A DNA stretch of 47,591 nucleotides from a virus: UHGV virus genome UHGV-1376410, one strand, 5' to 3'. Positions 10,070 through 20,706 of the stretch are shown piece after piece. The stretch's first letter is position 1. The number at the start of each line of letters is the position of its first letter. The translations under genes were made by a program, and so were the position numbers. Below the pieces are notes generated by a model. The model searched no databases, had not been told where the DNA came from, and saw only the letters and a list, made by a program, of their open reading frames with translations.

Positions 10070-12532
10070 TTGCAGCCAATGGCTACTACCCCAACTAACA
10101 AGCCAATTCCATCTAATGACCTGAATGATTTTAGATTCAACTGCGAAAAAGTTGATGAGATTGTAAATTCAGATAGCGAGAAATACACTGATAGATTCGG
10201 CGTGGAAAGATATACCATTGATGGGGTAAGAAAAAATCTTATTCCTCTTGGTAAGCAATATATGACACTTTCTGATGCACAGGCTGATATTGCTAATATA
10301 CCGGTCAACTCTTACACATACGTGCGCGATGCTTCGGGTACATCTCTGGCGCTGGAATATCAAAATGTAGCTGGTACTCTAACAGCAACTGGTCGTGCAA
10401 TGCCGTCACAACAATCAGTAGACAAAGCATCAAAAGCCGTTGATTCCGGTTTGAATGTTTTGTTTGATCCGCTATTTGAGGTATTGCTATCCAATCCTAC
10501 CGTGGGAAGCAAAACACACATTGTTCGCGGAACGTTAACCGCGGCTTTGTCGACCAATGCTAAATTAGGCTTCCCGGCTATTGTGGCTGGCCCCGCCGCG
10601 GGCGCCGTTGCCGCTCGCAGATTATGGCTCGCCGATTGTGCCGTGGCTGTCGGGGATACCATATCTTTAAATGTTATCGCATGGTACGCCAACGCTGGTG
10701 GGCGCGTTGCTTTTGTTTTTCGTAATGCGTCTGGTACTGCTATAGGGACACAGGATTTATTATACGCCACCGGAACAGGATTCAATCGGTATTTGCGCAC
10801 TCTAACAGTCCCATCTGGGGCGGTTATGCTGGATGTGCGTATCGAAAACACCGCTAATGCGGGTACGGTAGAGCTGGACGCAGTGTTTTTGATGTCTGCT
10901 ACATCCGAAGCACATCCAACTGTGCCTGGTAGACCCGTGGCCCCCTATGCAGTGCCTCTGCAAAACAACGTTGTGACTACTTCTTCAATTCAAAAGGCCG
11001 CCGTCACAGTGGATAAAGCATCATTTTTCATTCCAGGAGTTAACCTTTTTGATAAAGCTGCCGTCACATCGGGGTGTTACGTTAACTATACGACAGGTAA
11101 TTTACTCGCTAACTCATCGTATTCTGCTTCTGACTATATTCCCGTAATAGCCAGAGAGAATTACACCCAAAGTTTTTCGCATCAAACCGCGTTCTACGAT
11201 GCAAACAAAAATTATATTTCTGGCGTTGAAGCGCTAGCCTCTCCATCAACAGCCAGGACTTTAACTATTCCGGTTGGGGCAGCTTATGTACGAATGTCAG
11301 TCGCAAATACCGTACTCGATACGATGCAATTCGAAAAAGGTAATGAATCCACAAGTTACCAGCCATATGCATTACAGCTGGACCCGTCTTTAATACCAAC
11401 TACAGCAGCCCCAGTCGTCGATTATGTAGAGAGAGCCTATCAGCTTCGCGTTACTCGGATGAAATTGGGGCAACTAGAAGCCGGTGTATCGGCCATTCTT
11501 AATGTTGGTATTTTTGGCGATTCATGGGGAACATTAACCGAAAGATTCGCGAAACCTTTAGCAAAAGCGATTCGTGCTAAATATGGTAGTGGTCCTGGTG
11601 TTGGCTGGGTATCATTCGGCCGTCACAGCACATCCGCATCAATAATTAACGGCAACATTTTCTCAGTCAGCCGCGACCTGCCAACGCAATTCACATGGAC
11701 AGGATCATGGTTGTTTAGTTATAGCGGCACGAAAAACCCAACCAACTCCAGTCCAGATACTGCTGTTGTTACGTCCTCTACACCAGGGGATGCACTGAAG
11801 GCTACGGTCCCTGGCACCTCGGACGGCGGGTGGTCAACTTGCCGCCTTGGGTTTGTCGGTACAAGCGACGGTGTTATTCGATATAACTGGGATGGAGGTG
11901 CGTGGACGACGCTCAACGTGCAAGGTAGTGGATTGCTTTTTGTCGATATTAACCCGCCAGCGACCGTAAATGCGTCTAACGTTCTAAATATAGAAAACGT
12001 TTCTGGTACAGTTTCGCTTTGCGGATTAAAACCAATAGGAACAGGGGCAGGCGTTAGCGTTCATAAGCTAGGTGCGTCTGGCTCAAGTCTTGCATCATGG
12101 TTATCTATGGACGCTACTGATTTTGGCAAGGCTTTAACAGAATTAGCTCTTGATACGGTGATTATTATTACCGGCACAAATGACCAGAGGATAACTGGTG
12201 GCGCTACTGCATTTGAGTCTAACCTGCGCTCCTTTATCGCCCGCATCAGGGCGACATTGCCCGGCGCTGATATCCTGTTTGTCATGCCGTGTGAGAACCA
12301 AAGAACTGACAACCCGGTATCGATGGCTTCAATGGCCGCCAGAGCCAGAACGGTAGCCGCAGATCTTAATTGCACATTTATAAACCTGCAATACATTTTC
12401 GGAGAGAATGCGGCAGATTATGCATACGGTTCTACGCATTCATGGTTTGCTTCTGACGGAATACATCCAGCCCCTGCTACTGGAGGGTATTTAATAAAAG
12501 ATGCAATATATCGTGTAATGACAATGAGATAA
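10070..12532 (+). CDS. tail fibre/spike with C-terminal SGNH (GDSL) hydrolase domain
   Basis: GIFGDSWG block (about nt 11510-11530) and DGIHP (about nt 12455-12469) in the C-terminal third; conserved fibre N-terminus. Confidence 0.75.
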   Translation: MQPMATTPTNKPIPSNDLNDFRFNCEKVDEIVNSDSEKYTDRFGVERYTIDGVRKNLIPLGKQYMTLSDAQADIANIPVNSYTYVRDASGTSLALEYQNVAGTLTATGRAMPSQQSVDKASKAVDSGLNVLFDPLFEVLLSNPTVGSKTHIVRGTLTAALSTNAKLGFPAIVAGPAAGAVAARRLWLADCAVAVGDTISLNVIAWYANAGGRVAFVFRNASGTAIGTQDLLYATGTGFNRYLRTLTVPSGAVMLDVRIENTANAGTVELDAVFLMSATSEAHPTVPGRPVAPYAVPLQNNVVTTSSIQKAAVTVDKASFFIPGVNLFDKAAVTSGCYVNYTTGNLLANSSYSASDYIPVIARENYTQSFSHQTAFYDANKNYISGVEALASPSTARTLTIPVGAAYVRMSVANTVLDTMQFEKGNESTSYQPYALQLDPSLIPTTAAPVVDYVERAYQLRVTRMKLGQLEAGVSAILNVGIFGDSWGTLTERFAKPLAKAIRAKYGSGPGVGWVSFGRHSTSASIINGNIFSVSRDLPTQFTWTGSWLFSYSGTKNPTNSSPDTAVVTSSTPGDALKATVPGTSDGGWSTCRLGFVGTSDGVIRYNWDGGAWTTLNVQGSGLLFVDINPPATVNASNVLNIENVSGTVSLCGLKPIGTGAGVSVHKLGASGSSLASWLSMDATDFGKALTELALDTVIIITGTNDQRITGGATAFESNLRSFIARIRATLPGADILFVMPCENQRTDNPVSMASMAARARTVAADLNCTFINLQYIFGENAADYAYGSTHSWFASDGIHPAPATGGYLIKDAIYRVMTMR

Positions 12533-12533
12533 C

Positions 12534-12558
12534 AAAAAGGGCCATTCGGCCCTTTCTT
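12534..12558. terminator. Rho-independent terminator (bidirectional, between convergent genes)
   Basis: AAAGGGCC-ATTC-GGCCCTTT hairpin. Confidence 0.7.
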
Positions 12559-12560
12559 CA

Positions 12561-13064
12561 TCAAAACGGAATATCATCATCAAAATCCATCGTCGGCTCG
12601 TTTACCGGTGGTTTTTGTGTATTTGATGGTTGCTGCGGTTTACCCCACCCTGATTGCTGATTACTTCCTGACTGTTGCCGCTGCTGTGATTGTTGGTTTC
12701 CATTATCACTTGATTTACCACCAATCATTTGCATAACGCCGTTCATAGGCTGCAAGACGATTTCAGTAGTGTATTTTTCAACACCGCTTTGATCTGTCCA
12801 TTTTCGAGTGCGTAATTTACCTTCTACATACACATGAGAGCCTTTGCGCAGGTGTTCTCCAGCTACCTCTGCCAGCTTTCCGAAGATAACCACGCGATGC
12901 CATTCAGTTTGCTCTTTCTTTTCACCTGTGGCCTTGTCATTCCACTGTTCTGATGTTGCCAGAGACAGATTGCACACAGCGCCGCCAGATGGCATATATT
13001 TAACTTCCGGGTCTTGGCCGAGTGTGCCCAAAATGATTACTTTGTTGATTCCGCGAGATGCCAT
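12561..13064 (-). CDS. ssb: single-stranded DNA-binding protein
   Basis: OB-fold N-terminus ([10 protein letters not shown]...), Gln/Gly-rich linker, C-terminal DDDIPF tail. Confidence 0.9.
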   Translation of the reverse strand: MASRGINKVIILGTLGQDPEVKYMPSGGAVCNLSLATSEQWNDKATGEKKEQTEWHRVVIFGKLAEVAGEHLRKGSHVYVEGKLRTRKWTDQSGVEKYTTEIVLQPMNGVMQMIGGKSSDNGNQQSQQRQQSGSNQQSGWGKPQQPSNTQKPPVNEPTMDFDDDIPF

Positions 13065-13073
13065 AATTTACCC

Positions 13074-13736
13074 TTAAAAGTTTTCGATGTTCTGTTGAGA
13101 TGTTGATGGCTTCTCTTCGTTTGCAGATGACGCAGGCGCATCTGCTTTCTGGAGTTTGGCCGGGTTAAAATCACTGCCGCCAGCAATGAATTTCGCTTTC
13201 ATTTCCTGGTATGCGCCGACGATTACGCGAGTGGCGGCGTCATCACCACGAAATGATTTGTATTCTTCACCATAAATGGCAGTAAGCTCATCCATGTTTG
13301 CTGCTGAACGAATGAGAGAAGCTGCATCTTTAGGAGACTTGCGCGCCGCATTGCCATCGTCATCGGCCTGGGCAATACCAAACATCGAGGCGATAGAATA
13401 ACGCCGAGCATACGTCATTGCAGATCCATAACCCTGAGCATCTTTCTTGGCAACCGGCATTGGCATGACTGAAGACATGTATTCACCAGACTCATGCATA
13501 ATTGTTGTTTCCAGCTTCAAAACATCAACCGTATCGCTCTCAATGGCGTTCTGGATGATGATAAGACCGTTGGCCTCAAGCGCTGGCCTGATGGCATTCA
13601 GGAATGACTCAAGGTTAGCATAGTTGCTTTTAAGGTGCGGGTTTTGCGCGTTCTTTTTAGCGCTGCTACTCATTACCTTGCGCGCCTCTACAAGAGCCTT
13701 AATCAGGTTTGCTTTCTGTTCTGAAAATTTCATCAC
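13074..13736 (-). CDS. erf: Erf-family single-strand annealing protein
   Basis: NPHLKSNYANLESF and MTYARRYSIASMFGI blocks match the P22 Erf family. Confidence 0.8.
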   Translation of the reverse strand: MMKFSEQKANLIKALVEARKVMSSSAKKNAQNPHLKSNYANLESFLNAIRPALEANGLIIIQNAIESDTVDVLKLETTIMHESGEYMSSVMPMPVAKKDAQGYGSAMTYARRYSIASMFGIAQADDDGNAARKSPKDAASLIRSAANMDELTAIYGEEYKSFRGDDAATRVIVGAYQEMKAKFIAGGSDFNPAKLQKADAPASSANEEKPSTSQQNIENF

Positions 13737-13756
13737 TTCACCTCATTTAATATAAA

Positions 13757-14701
13757 TTACATGTTAAACTGCTTCTTGAACCATTCCGGCGTTTCCATTT
13801 CGATGACCGGATTACCCATTGAGTAGCTAGGCCATGAGTTGGCCTTTTTGCACGCCTTATAGATTTCCATCGCGCTACGCAGCTGAATGCGACCAATGCG
13901 TAACTGCTCATCCGTCAGGCGAATCAACGCAGGGATGAATGGCGATTTCTTCTCCTGCACCAGAAGGTTTACCGAGCGAGGCGCATGCCCATAAGCCTCG
14001 ACAAACATATCGTGCTGCATTGTCATCTTCATAAAGTACCCGAGCCGCGCTGCATGGCGGAAAAACTCATCAGGCTTGGCGCTAACCGCTGTTTTGTAGT
14101 CAATAATGTCGCCACCGCGAGTAAGGCAGTCAAAGCGTACTTTTGATGGCTCGCCAAGCAACTGACCGAGAATTGATACCTCAGAGTAAGCGCCAGAAAG
14201 CAGGCTGCTGTAATAGCTGTTTGCATGGATTACGGCACGCATCTGCATGATGGCGTCGTAGTCATCACCTTCCAGCAAAATTCTGCCTTTCGCATTGAGT
14301 TCAGCAAACAGGCGCTCTTCATCATAGATTCTAACTGGCTCTCCAGTTGAGCGGATGATTTTAATCACCTCAGCCTTTGTCTTGCCAGAAAGCCCCTTAA
14401 TGCCGCGCTCTTTTGCCCATGAGTTCATGTCGCTCACAGTAACAAGCAGTTCTGCGCCGAAATCCTCTTTCGTCGGCATGCGGGCATATTCTGCCTCGAA
14501 GCGCTCAGGCTCAAGAAGCGCTGTATGGCTACCTGTGCCGAAGACAAGAGCCTTTGATTGCTCATCCTCTTCATCTTTGTAGTGCCAAGCTGCGGGGCAT
14601 CTGTCATATATGTTCCACAAGCCAGAGCCGTTTATGTGCTCGGTGTCTGCGTGGTAAGACTCATTGCTGAGTTCATTGTTGAAATAGACTTTCATCATCA
14701 C
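13757..14701 (-). CDS. PD-(D/E)XK-type exonuclease (recombination partner of Erf)
   Basis: GGDIIDYKT D..D.K nuclease motif; position next to Erf and SSB. Confidence 0.55.
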   Translation of the reverse strand: MMMKVYFNNELSNESYHADTEHINGSGLWNIYDRCPAAWHYKDEEDEQSKALVFGTGSHTALLEPERFEAEYARMPTKEDFGAELLVTVSDMNSWAKERGIKGLSGKTKAEVIKIIRSTGEPVRIYDEERLFAELNAKGRILLEGDDYDAIMQMRAVIHANSYYSSLLSGAYSEVSILGQLLGEPSKVRFDCLTRGGDIIDYKTAVSAKPDEFFRHAARLGYFMKMTMQHDMFVEAYGHAPRSVNLLVQEKKSPFIPALIRLTDEQLRIGRIQLRSAMEIYKACKKANSWPSYSMGNPVIEMETPEWFKKQFNM

Positions 14702-15324
14702 TCTCCGTGGTTACAGAATTCTTTATGCATCTTTTCTCTAAACTTCATGACAGCAACTCTTGCTTTATCAATATCATGAAATAATCCAATGTGGTATTTA
14801 ATACCATTAACCGTACATCTGGCATGCCATTTTTTGCATTGTTTGTTCCAGTAAACACCTTTCACTCCAGATGTATTATTTTTTTGCTTTTTACGATTAA
14901 ACTGATTCTGTTCATTGCTTGCTATTCTTAAGTTATCAATCCTGTTGTCATCTCTAATGCCATTAATGTGATCAATATTATCTTCTGGCCAATAACCATA
15001 ACAAATCAACCACGCGAGTATATGAGCATAATACCTATTATTATTTATGCTTATTTCTATGTAACCGTTATCTTTTTTGCAGCCCGCCAAATCTCCATTG
15101 TTTACGCAACCAACAGTCTTGTTCCATGCAAACAAACCAGTTACCCGATTGTAAGTTAAGTTATCTAAAACAACATTACGAGGTATTCTTTTTCTTCCAC
15201 CTATGGTGTTTGACCCTGCATTTCCCTGAGCAAAATCTTGCTTTTGCAGTTCCGATAAACTTATTTCCGCAAACCTCGCACTTCTTAACGGTGATAGCCA
15301 TTTCTTAACCTCTATTGTAATCAT
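14698..15324 (-). CDS. HNH homing endonuclease with AP2-like domain
   Basis: IDHINGIRDDNRIDNLR motif plus GVKGVYW...KW AP2 block. Confidence 0.8.
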   Translation of the reverse strand: MITIEVKKWLSPLRSARFAEISLSELQKQDFAQGNAGSNTIGGRKRIPRNVVLDNLTYNRVTGLFAWNKTVGCVNNGDLAGCKKDNGYIEISINNNRYYAHILAWLICYGYWPEDNIDHINGIRDDNRIDNLRIASNEQNQFNRKKQKNNTSGVKGVYWNKQCKKWHARCTVNGIKYHIGLFHDIDKARVAVMKFREKMHKEFCNHGE

Positions 15325-15369
15325 TTACCGTTACATTGCAAGTAACTTTTATTTGTTACTAACAATACA

Positions 15370-15795
15370 TCAATCTACATCATTCAGCAAGCCAAAATAG
15401 AAAAGTGTGGCTCTTTTTAGTTCATCAAGACCGTAAGCAATGGCGGCATAATGACCAAGCCTGCACATCTCTGTTAGCACAGACGATTGCTCTTTGCTCA
15501 CTCTGCTTTTGCTTTTATCGCGACGCTTTGCTTCAATCATCCCGCAACTGTGCTTCGCCCCCGGCGTCATTATCACATTGTCGCCTATTCCAGTCTTAAC
15601 CCCCATCTTCTGGCGCTTCAATACAAACTGAACCCTGCTTGATGTGCCAGTTTCGTTGGGGACATGAAACCACAGAACATCAGGGAAGCGGTGTTGCATC
15701 CATGTGCCGTAACCCATCTGGTCAGTCTCCTCTTTTGGGCATTCGCCGCGATAACCGCTATCAAATACCCATATGCCGCTATCAAGCTGCTTCAC
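15370..15795 (-). CDS. VRR-NUC domain nuclease
   Basis: FHVPNE...G...D...IEAK arrangement; size 141 aa. Confidence 0.45.
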   Translation of the reverse strand: MKQLDSGIWVFDSGYRGECPKEETDQMGYGTWMQHRFPDVLWFHVPNETGTSSRVQFVLKRQKMGVKTGIGDNVIMTPGAKHSCGMIEAKRRDKSKSRVSKEQSSVLTEMCRLGHYAAIAYGLDELKRATLFYFGLLNDVD

Positions 15796-15805
15796 TTTGT
15801 TCTCC

Positions 15806-17740
15806 TTAAAATTCTTTGCGGTGGATTATGTCTCGGCCTTTATCGTTAAAGCGATGCGTGATGCGTTTAGGTGCGCGGATAAGGCCAGTAAATGCCATGA
15901 ATTCTTTTGCGTTGTGGCAATTCATGAGGTTATCAATCAGATTCCTGTCTGATACATGGTTTAGCAATCCTTTAATCTTAAACTGATTTTTCAGATACTT
16001 CTCCTGCCTCCCAAAAGGATAAAAGACCTCATTAGCCCACCCATCTTTGCCATTCTCTTTTGTAATGAAATAACGATAAACAACACCCTTTTCATCTTTC
16101 GTTAATTCAATCTTGAAGTCTTTAACATCAGTCCACTCATTATCAGTATACGCACGCTCATTCAGTGCCGCATTCGGGTCGCGCAAAACGTGATCGCAAT
16201 GCCGGCAATAACGAGCTGTCGGGTCGTTCTTTGTGCCGCAACCATCATCAAAAATACGGATGCCGTGCTTGTCGAAACCACAGCGAATGAAGCTGAAAAA
16301 CTCTTCGCAACGACCATCTGGCGAAGTTGAGTCTTTACCGATGCAACGCCTTGCATATGGGCTGTTCATCGTCTGGCATTTAGGGCATGGAACCTGCTCT
16401 CCGCTGCGCTTGGCGCGCTGTGCTTCTGCTTCCTCAAGGATGGGGTCTTCGTACAGACCGCCCAACTCGAACATGGTTCCGGTGAAGTCAAGGCAAAGAT
16501 GGTTTTCTTTCACCAAACCTGCGGCAACCTGCTCAGGCTTTAAAAGTCGCATTGGTCGGCCAAGCAACTGCGTCAGAAGCGTCAGGGACATAATTTTTCT
16601 CAGGATGACAGACGTATCCCAATATGGAATATTAACGCCAGTAGTGAGGCAACCGATTTGCAGCGTGTATTTTTTACGCCCGGTTGCCGCATCTTTCAGC
16701 GCTTTCCGTCTGGCTTTCTGTCCCATATCCTCAGTAACAATGGAATAACTGCCTTCTGGTAAGTATTTTGCAGCCTCCTTGCAGTGTTTTTTCCCTGCGC
16801 AGGTAATGAGTACGCCGAGCCTGTCGCGCGTAAGCTCCATGACTTTGAGCATGATTTTTTGTGTCAATGTACCCTGCTTGAGGATTTCTTCCTGCATCTC
16901 TTTTAGCTGGCTATCAGTGAAGTCCTGCACGCCGTCAACGTCACTACTGGCAAACTCATGCAGATCGTATTGCAAGTCCTCGATATCCTGCCCACCAAAG
17001 ATGGTAGGAACAAGAAACCCAAGATCGACAAGGTATTTTGTGCTGATGTTGACAATTTCATGTTTCCAGTAAGCCCCCTTGATAGATTCAACGCCGCGAA
17101 ATGGGCTGCCGGTGTAGCCAATGACAATCACCTCATGACCGTACTTCGCTTTACAGCGCCGGTTAAGTTCATTCATGATGACACCGTACTGCGTCTCTGG
17201 CTGCTCTGATATTATGTCCTGCCAGTTAACCTGATGGCATTCATCAACCAGTATGTAGCGTGGTGAAAAGTCTGATAGCAGTGATTTCGTCACGGTGCCA
17301 TCATCGGCTGTCTTATCAAAAAGACCATTTATTATTGTGCCCTCCGTTCCCGCTATAAGCGGATAGGCATATGCTTTACGCCCAAGTGAAGAGCTAAACA
17401 GAGAGTTTTTTACACTCAGGTTCCAGAGTTCCTCTGCATCCTGCTCAATAATTTCGCCTTGTCGCGCGATGACAAGCCCTTCCCACCCCATATCCTGAAA
17501 ACGACGGGCAATCATGGCTATCATGATGGTCTTACCGGCGCCAACTGACGCGGTAACATAACTTGGCTTTGGCTGCTTACCAAACTTGCGGATAACCTCA
17601 GCTGTCTTTTCATATACCAGCCATTGGTATGGGCGCGGTTCAATTTCCCCGGTATGGATGCTGGCCCGCAGCTTATCCATATCCAGCTCAGCAATCATTG
17701 CATCAATTTTTTGCACTTCATCCACCTTTATGTTGCTCAA
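15806..17740 (-). CDS. SF2 DNA helicase with C-terminal Cys-rich zinc-binding region
   Basis: Walker A SVGAGKT, DECH box, QLLGRPMR motif VI, CPKC...C..C clusters; listed start is TTG, more likely ATG at 17698. Confidence 0.8.
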   Translation of the reverse strand: MSNIKVDEVQKIDAMIAELDMDKLRASIHTGEIEPRPYQWLVYEKTAEVIRKFGKQPKPSYVTASVGAGKTIMIAMIARRFQDMGWEGLVIARQGEIIEQDAEELWNLSVKNSLFSSSLGRKAYAYPLIAGTEGTIINGLFDKTADDGTVTKSLLSDFSPRYILVDECHQVNWQDIISEQPETQYGVIMNELNRRCKAKYGHEVIVIGYTGSPFRGVESIKGAYWKHEIVNISTKYLVDLGFLVPTIFGGQDIEDLQYDLHEFASSDVDGVQDFTDSQLKEMQEEILKQGTLTQKIMLKVMELTRDRLGVLITCAGKKHCKEAAKYLPEGSYSIVTEDMGQKARRKALKDAATGRKKYTLQIGCLTTGVNIPYWDTSVILRKIMSLTLLTQLLGRPMRLLKPEQVAAGLVKENHLCLDFTGTMFELGGLYEDPILEEAEAQRAKRSGEQVPCPKCQTMNSPYARRCIGKDSTSPDGRCEEFFSFIRCGFDKHGIRIFDDGCGTKNDPTARYCRHCDHVLRDPNAALNERAYTDNEWTDVKDFKIELTKDEKGVVYRYFITKENGKDGWANEVFYPFGRQEKYLKNQFKIKGLLNHVSDRNLIDNLMNCHNAKEFMAFTGLIRAPKRITHRFNDKGRDIIHRKEF

Positions 17741-17778
17741 TCTACGTCACAATAGTAGACTGAATCTACGGCAATAAT
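17736..17778. promoter_or_regulatory. Tandem copies of the conserved motif in the helicase/primase divergent region
   Basis: CTCAATCTACGTCA (17736-17749) and TGAATCTACGGCA (17761-17773) upstream of ATG 17791. Confidence 0.45.
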
Positions 17779-17790
17779 CAAGGTTAAATT

Positions 17791-18684
17791 ATGCGATACG
17801 ACTGGAAGGATATAGAGCCTTTAATGGTAGGCAACTGGGAGGCCGCGCTGCTATCAATAGTGAATATTGACAGGAAGGTTTTTAATGGAAAGCATCAGCC
17901 ATGCCCTCATTGCATGGGTAAGGACAGGTTTAGGTGGGATAACAACTTCGAAACAAAAGGCGACGGCGGCGCCATCTGCAACCAGTGCGGAAACGGGAGC
18001 GGCATCACCTGGCTAATGAAGCTTTCAGGAATGACGTTTCCAGAGTCAATGGAGGCACTTGCCGGATTTCTGAACATGCACCCACGCGAAAAACTTGAGG
18101 CGATTAGAAAGCAACTTCCGAAGGTCAACCATGCTTCTGACTACCTGACAGAGACAGAAGTGGCGGCCATCATGGAAAAAGCAGGAGACGACACCATAAC
18201 CGGTAAAACTGGTGAACTGGTGGCGATACCGCTCTATATGGCTGGAACCATGACGCCATGTAATGTGGCTTTTCTGGCAGACGATGAAAGCGTGTCATTT
18301 CGCGCGGGTTTTAGCCATGAGTACACTCGCGGAAGACTTACGCGAGGTGCAGTTACACCCATCGGCGATAAGACTGAATGGACATACCTTGTTGCGGATT
18401 ACTTCGATGCCTGGCGAGCGCACCGGCTTACTGGCGCACATGTCTGGTGTTGCTGGTCGCCGGAAAACATGTGGGAAGTTGCGCGCAATGTGAGCGATGA
18501 GCAGCGCACTAAACTACGCTGTATCATTAATAATAATTTCGATGCGGTATGCGCCGCCGAGAATGCAGGTCTTCCGATACTGATTACTGATGATGGTCAG
18601 GATATCCGTTACAGCAGTGCCATCAGAAAAAGGCTGTATAAACCAGAAGAGCTATTTGAAGCACTAAAAAACAAACCCTCCTGA
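17791..18684 (+). CDS. DNA primase (N-terminal zinc ribbon + Toprim-like region)
   Basis: CPHC...CNQCG zinc finger; divergent from the helicase. Confidence 0.6.
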   Translation: MRYDWKDIEPLMVGNWEAALLSIVNIDRKVFNGKHQPCPHCMGKDRFRWDNNFETKGDGGAICNQCGNGSGITWLMKLSGMTFPESMEALAGFLNMHPREKLEAIRKQLPKVNHASDYLTETEVAAIMEKAGDDTITGKTGELVAIPLYMAGTMTPCNVAFLADDESVSFRAGFSHEYTRGRLTRGAVTPIGDKTEWTYLVADYFDAWRAHRLTGAHVWCCWSPENMWEVARNVSDEQRTKLRCIINNNFDAVCAAENAGLPILITDDGQDIRYSSAIRKRLYKPEELFEALKNKPS

Positions 18685-18700
18685 TGGAGGGTTTTTGTTA
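18670..18700. terminator. Rho-independent terminator (bidirectional)
   Basis: CCCTCC-TGAT-GGAGGG hairpin then TTTTTG. Confidence 0.7.
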
Positions 18701-19054
18701 CTCAAGATTGTACTTTTTGACGGCAGCATCCATAGCCTTGCAGCAGTGCCTTATTGCTCTCATTTTTGTGTTTGATTTGCCACACGCATGTATCTGGTGA
18801 GCACCGTCATGGCGATAAATAAAATCAGTAGCGATGGCTCTCCAGTCATTATCGTGAGACGTAACTCCGCGCCTGAAGCAAAGAAAATAATGACCATTAA
18901 AGCATTCCTGAGTAAGATCCATTACCTCAGAATGAAATACGGACGCATCAAATAAACACTGGTCTGCCGCGCCTTGTAACCCGAACCACATGCCATCATG
19001 AGTGCCTGACATGGCATAATAAACTGCGGCAGTAACGCGAGTATTAACTTTCAT
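18698..19054 (-). CDS. hypothetical protein, Cys/His-rich
   Basis: ORF, ATGA-type overlap with the upstream gene. Confidence 0.4.
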   Translation of the reverse strand: MKVNTRVTAAVYYAMSGTHDGMWFGLQGAADQCLFDASVFHSEVMDLTQECFNGHYFLCFRRGVTSHDNDWRAIATDFIYRHDGAHQIHACGKSNTKMRAIRHCCKAMDAAVKKYNLE

Positions 19055-20706
19055 TTCAGACCTCTCATAAATTTCATCCTGTTAACGGCGGCTGAAAGTA
19101 TGTTTCTCACCGAGGCATTCATTCGCAGTCCAGACCATGACCCATCGTCCCTGAAGACGATTTTTGACCCTCCATTAATAGCAGAAGCCTCAATGTCGAT
19201 AGGTGAGTGTCTGTTTTCTGTAATGGAAACCAGAACCTCAGAAATGAACCTGTCAGGCGTTACCTGTAGATGATTTGAGTTTGCCGCCTTGATGATTGTC
19301 TCAATTCGACCACGGCACAATCCGCTTTTCAGTACGGAAGTGTAAGGCTTATTAATGAATTTTTTCCCGGCCATCACCTTTCTCATTTTGGCAATGATGT
19401 TTTCCCACTCATCCTCTTCAAGGCCACTGAATGCAACGTCACCTTCTACATAATCACGAAGCGAGCGAAGGTGGTTTATCACTGTCATATAAGCCCATTC
19501 AAGATGCCTGTCGCACAAAACTGGCGTCATTCCATTGCGACTCGAAAGGTCTGCAAATGCGCATATCGAGGCAAGGTCTACGATCATCTGCCCGGCGCGC
19601 GGGACAACATCGCCAATTACACCATCTACATTTCCGAGACATTTCTCAAGGTGGCACGTAAGCTCATAACGCCTGTCGTTTACCTTTTCACTTTCAAATT
19701 CAACGCGGGTTATTGAGCGGAGGATTCTTTGCTTCCATTCATTTACTATTCTCCTGTTTACCTCACCTGCAGGCTGCTCTCTTTTTAGTAATGGCATTTC
19801 CTCGTCATCGCCATGACCAAGGATGAACAACGTCCTGCCCATGCCACCATCCTTCTGCCATGACCTGACCGCATCAATACCCTGAACTGGCGTTACAGTG
19901 ATGAGAGGAATAAATCTTGCGTTCTCAATACCTCCATCACGAGTGCATAATTCATGCTCAGCCATCACTTTTTTCAGGTTCCTGCCCACACTGTGATCCA
20001 TCTGAGACAATCTTTTATAGTCAATCATCCCATCCTGCGCACCGCCAATACGCGGAACAATCCAGCCTTCCGCCATAGCAACACTAACTATCGTCTTGGG
20101 GTTCATGGCTTTAGCCATATTCTCCTCAATATCCCTGATTATTGTCCTGGTTGGAACCCACCCACCTTCATCAGTCAAACTGCGATACCACGGCGCAGTT
20201 CCGCCAAGATATGCGCTTCTAGGGTCATTCCATGAGTCAATATGCTGCTTATCATCGTTTACGACGTAAAGCAGAGAGCCATCACCTTCAATCATGCTGG
20301 TCTGTATCTGCTTTAATGATGTAGCAGTAGTGGTGCAAAGGCGGTCGCTTATCATCAGGGCTTCAGCATATTGCTTTATAAAATTAACTGGCGCCTGCTT
20401 GCCAGCTCCAGACCTCGCCACGAGGAAAATCCCAGTAGAGCACTTACTTCCAGTAGGGCCAATAATAAATCTACCAGCCATTATCTGAGCAAGGCCAAGC
20501 GCGCCAACAAGTCGATATTTTTCTCCATCATCACGGCGCTCGAAATTTTTCTCTATCTCCTCTATGAACTCCCCAAGTGAACCGGGTGGAATCTTGTATT
20601 TTTCCCTGAACTCAGGAATGTCAGCCTCATCGAGCGGGTCTATTGATGAATCCGCTTTCCCGACGGATTTTTTCATGGCGATAATTTCGTAAGTATTCAT
20701 CAGCAA
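19051..20706 (-). CDS. large hypothetical protein of the replication module (551 aa)
   Basis: Long ORF with gene-like composition and translational coupling to its neighbours; no motif I can name with confidence. Confidence 0.5.
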   Translation of the reverse strand: MLMNTYEIIAMKKSVGKADSSIDPLDEADIPEFREKYKIPPGSLGEFIEEIEKNFERRDDGEKYRLVGALGLAQIMAGRFIIGPTGSKCSTGIFLVARSGAGKQAPVNFIKQYAEALMISDRLCTTTATSLKQIQTSMIEGDGSLLYVVNDDKQHIDSWNDPRSAYLGGTAPWYRSLTDEGGWVPTRTIIRDIEENMAKAMNPKTIVSVAMAEGWIVPRIGGAQDGMIDYKRLSQMDHSVGRNLKKVMAEHELCTRDGGIENARFIPLITVTPVQGIDAVRSWQKDGGMGRTLFILGHGDDEEMPLLKREQPAGEVNRRIVNEWKQRILRSITRVEFESEKVNDRRYELTCHLEKCLGNVDGVIGDVVPRAGQMIVDLASICAFADLSSRNGMTPVLCDRHLEWAYMTVINHLRSLRDYVEGDVAFSGLEEDEWENIIAKMRKVMAGKKFINKPYTSVLKSGLCRGRIETIIKAANSNHLQVTPDRFISEVLVSITENRHSPIDIEASAINGGSKIVFRDDGSWSGLRMNASVRNILSAAVNRMKFMRGLK

